A stretch of DNA of 64,000 nucleotides from Octopus sinensis (taxonomy: Eukaryota), in contig NW_021832533.1 in assembly GCF_006345805.1 (NCBI RefSeq), forward strand, positions 186,001 through 250,000, read 5' to 3'. This document shows, in pieces, positions 61,363-64,000 of this stretch (its first letter is position 1; every line of letters begins with the position of its first letter). The translations under genes and the position numbers were made by a program. The notes below the pieces were generated by a model. It worked only from the letters and a program-made list of their open reading frames with translations, made no database searches and had not been told where the DNA came from.

Positions 61363-61645
61363 TATTGAGTTAGCCAATTTTTGTTCAATTTTTTTTTTTT
61401 TTTTTTTTTGTTCAATTTATAAATGATTATTACGGATTTTATGGAAGTATCCGTCATTACTCGAAATGCTTCAGAGGTAAAATATTTTTATACAATCCGA
61501 ATAAAAAAAAAATTTTGTTGTCATACCGCCTCGGAAATATGTGTAAAGTAATATATATTAACAAAAAAACAGTTTAAAAAAAAATATATCAATTAAATGT
61601 CTAACCATGAGTTATTCACAATAAATATGACCTATCTATATTAGA

Positions 61646-62388
61646 ATGGTTCCACTTGTTCTACTTTTTGTTTCGTTCTGTGATCCAAAACGACTGTAAC
61701 CTAGCAGAACGGGTTTCGGGAAATTTGAAAAGAACTGAATTACAAAACTGTACATTTAATACAGAACACGTTTCGACACATACAGAACACCTTCTAATTC
61801 GAGATTACGTTGAATTTCGAAATGGAGAAATATTTTCGAATTTACCCAACTTGATATCATTGTAATAACATTTCATTAACACCAGTGTTTGTCGAGGAAA
61901 CTCGTTAACGAGAATACTAAACAACTCATTTGATAGAGTGATTTACTTATTCTGGATGTACATTCATATATTTTAAATCACTAGAACACTTTATTCATGC
62001 AGTAATCTTCGTTACATTGATGTAGATGCATTTGCAGGTCTACCCAGTTTAACAAAGCTGTACAAATCCTATTTTTACATTACAGTTATATGCCATCAAA
62101 TACCATTTTTCTGCCACCAAAAATCATTAGTTCGCCCAAACTTCTGTATTTTACATTACTGACTGTGTAGTATTAATGAGAGAACGAAAATGTGCATATA
62201 TACGAATGGGTCTCAACCCACTATGTATACTTTGTTATTCTCATATAAGGATTACGAAAGTGACTAATGAAACAAGTTGGCTGTCCATTGAATTAGACAC
62301 CAAAAGTGTAGAAATGACTACAAATCAAGTTAATGGAGTAATACTAATCACAGCACAAGCATATGGTGTGTTTGTTTACTCACAATAG
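61646..62388 (+). CDS. Small LRR protein, copy 2 (one +1 indel near the start)
   Basis: Colinear with 38168-38912, same intron positions, many amino-acid differences (e.g. YIDVDAFAGLPSLTKL). Confidence 0.65.
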
Positions 62389-63228
62389 ATTGCAACCGCT
62401 GCCGATACCCTAATCCCAGCAATCTTCTATGCACAGAAGATTGTTCTTAAATTAAAAATTTCGGTGTTCTAATTTACTAACCTGATTATTTGTTCCAATT
62501 TTTCTTTGTTCAACTTATTAGCTCTATTTGTGTTAGATGAGCTAGTCACAATGATAAATACATAATTTGAAAAAGATACATGTCGAGCACTAAGATTTGA
62601 CCCTCTGTAAAAAGACGTTCCCGATTGTAATCTTTATTGGTATCTTAATCCTGAAATGGACAGCTATTCAAAATTCTCTTAATATGACTTTATTGACATT
62701 AATGTGATTGATTATTCATTCTAATATTTCTTTGCTTCTTGCTCTGTCTGACAAAAGCGTAAAAATACATGCAAATCGAGCTCGAGAGGCAGCACTAATC
62801 ACGGAGGAAGCCTATGGTGCGTTAGTTTACTTACAATAGATTGCAACCTCTACCGATATCCCGCATTAAACAATCATCTATGCGGAAGGGATTGTGCTTA
62901 ATTTAAATATTCAATGTCATTAATTAACTAACCTAATCATTCATTCTAATATTTCCTTGTTCCTCTTTTGCGACACCACTTGTCAGAAATTCTTTCTTAG
63001 ATGCTAATCATAAATAAAACACAATCTTCCCCTGCTTTAATAAGTGTGGCATTTCTGTAAAAATGTAATTTACACGACAATCATGCAAACAATTTAGTGT
63101 TCAATCTCAGACTTACTGGAATTAATGACCAGACTAATGTTAGATAAAATGGGAATTAGAGTAGCTAGGTCCCTCAACAAAACATCAGGAGGACCGCCCA
63201 AAGTACAATCGTCGAGATCCCTTTAGAT

Positions 63229-64000
63229 CAGGGGTGCGCAAGCTTTTTGGGTTTGCGGCCGCATAGCATTTGTTTTCCCTTCTCTTCCACGGCCGCACAT
63301 TTTCTGCATTATTTTTTCGATATTAATATAGTAATTTTTTTTAATTATTAAAAGTGACCGCATAAGTTGCCCATTGTCATCGAGACCGAATGAGTTCTTG
63401 GACAGGAAATGCTCTCGTTCATCAGGGACATCATATTATTAAAATAAATAATTATTTCATGGACAAAAGATAAGAAAGAAGGAAAATTAATTAAAAGAAA
63501 TGTATTATACAAGTTATTCTAATGACGGTCAGGATCTTTGGTATTTTTTGCGAGCTTATTGAAATCCACTGGTAGGGTAGATATCATTATGCGCAAACAT
63601 TACTCTAAGTTTGCATCCGTTATCCGAGATCTATATTGACTTTTTAAATATTTCATTTTGGAAAATGTAGACTCACATAAATATGTGCTTCCGAATAAAA
63701 CGAGAATATTTCTTGCCATTTCACGTAAATTTGGATAATCTGTCGCTGATTTCCATACATTCAATAAATCTTCGCTTTCATTAAATTTATTTATCAAAAT
63801 TAAATCATTTTTTAATTTCAATAATTCAATTTGAAATTCCAATGGCGCATTCTCAATCGAAACAGTATGTGGTGCTGCAGTTAATTGAAGTTTGAGTTCA
63901 ATTTTTTTAAATTTGTTAAATCGCTCTTCAAATTGTTTCAAAATATAATCGAATATAGTATGTGACCGTCCGCTGAATGGACCACGCCGTTTTATTTTGT
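63229..64000 (-). mobile_element. hAT (Charlie/SPIN-like) transposon, 3' end
   Basis: Terminus CAGGGGTGCGCAAGC preceded by 8-mer CTTTAGAT; hAT dimerisation motif YPNL...FGSTYLCESTFSKMKYLKSQYRSRITD at 63600-63941. Confidence 0.88.

Overview
Eukaryotic (metazoan) genomic DNA, not prokaryotic. Host genes are very compact and split by ultra-short (mostly 24-29 nt) spliceosomal introns at positions shared with vertebrate orthologues, a pattern reported for dicyemid mesozoans (organism call is inference). Recognised genes: a KIND+RasGEF gene (KNDC1-like), RPS27, a coiled-coil gene, a C2H2 zinc-finger gene, Rac, DMAC2/ATP5SL, HPRT, eRF3 and two LRR paralogues. Roughly two thirds of the window is transposon-derived and dominated by one Helitron family. 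(i) 1-11180 is a head-to-tail concatemer of non-autonomous Helitrons with exact CTAG|TC junctions, each unit carrying a ~95-bp satellite array. (ii) 46452-61182 is a probably autonomous Rep-PIF1 Helitron; its empty target site is visible in a duplicated segment at 37916/37917. It contains an opposite-orientation non-autonomous relative (52806-58385), which contains an APE-RT LINE (54277-57025, 11-bp TSD). Also present: RTE, CRE-like and R4-like LINE pieces, Tc1, IS630-like, pogo/Tigger, Merlin and hAT elements. Many frameshifts are single-base deletions, mostly in homopolymers, suggesting long-read consensus error. No CRISPR, rRNA or tRNA genes were recognised.
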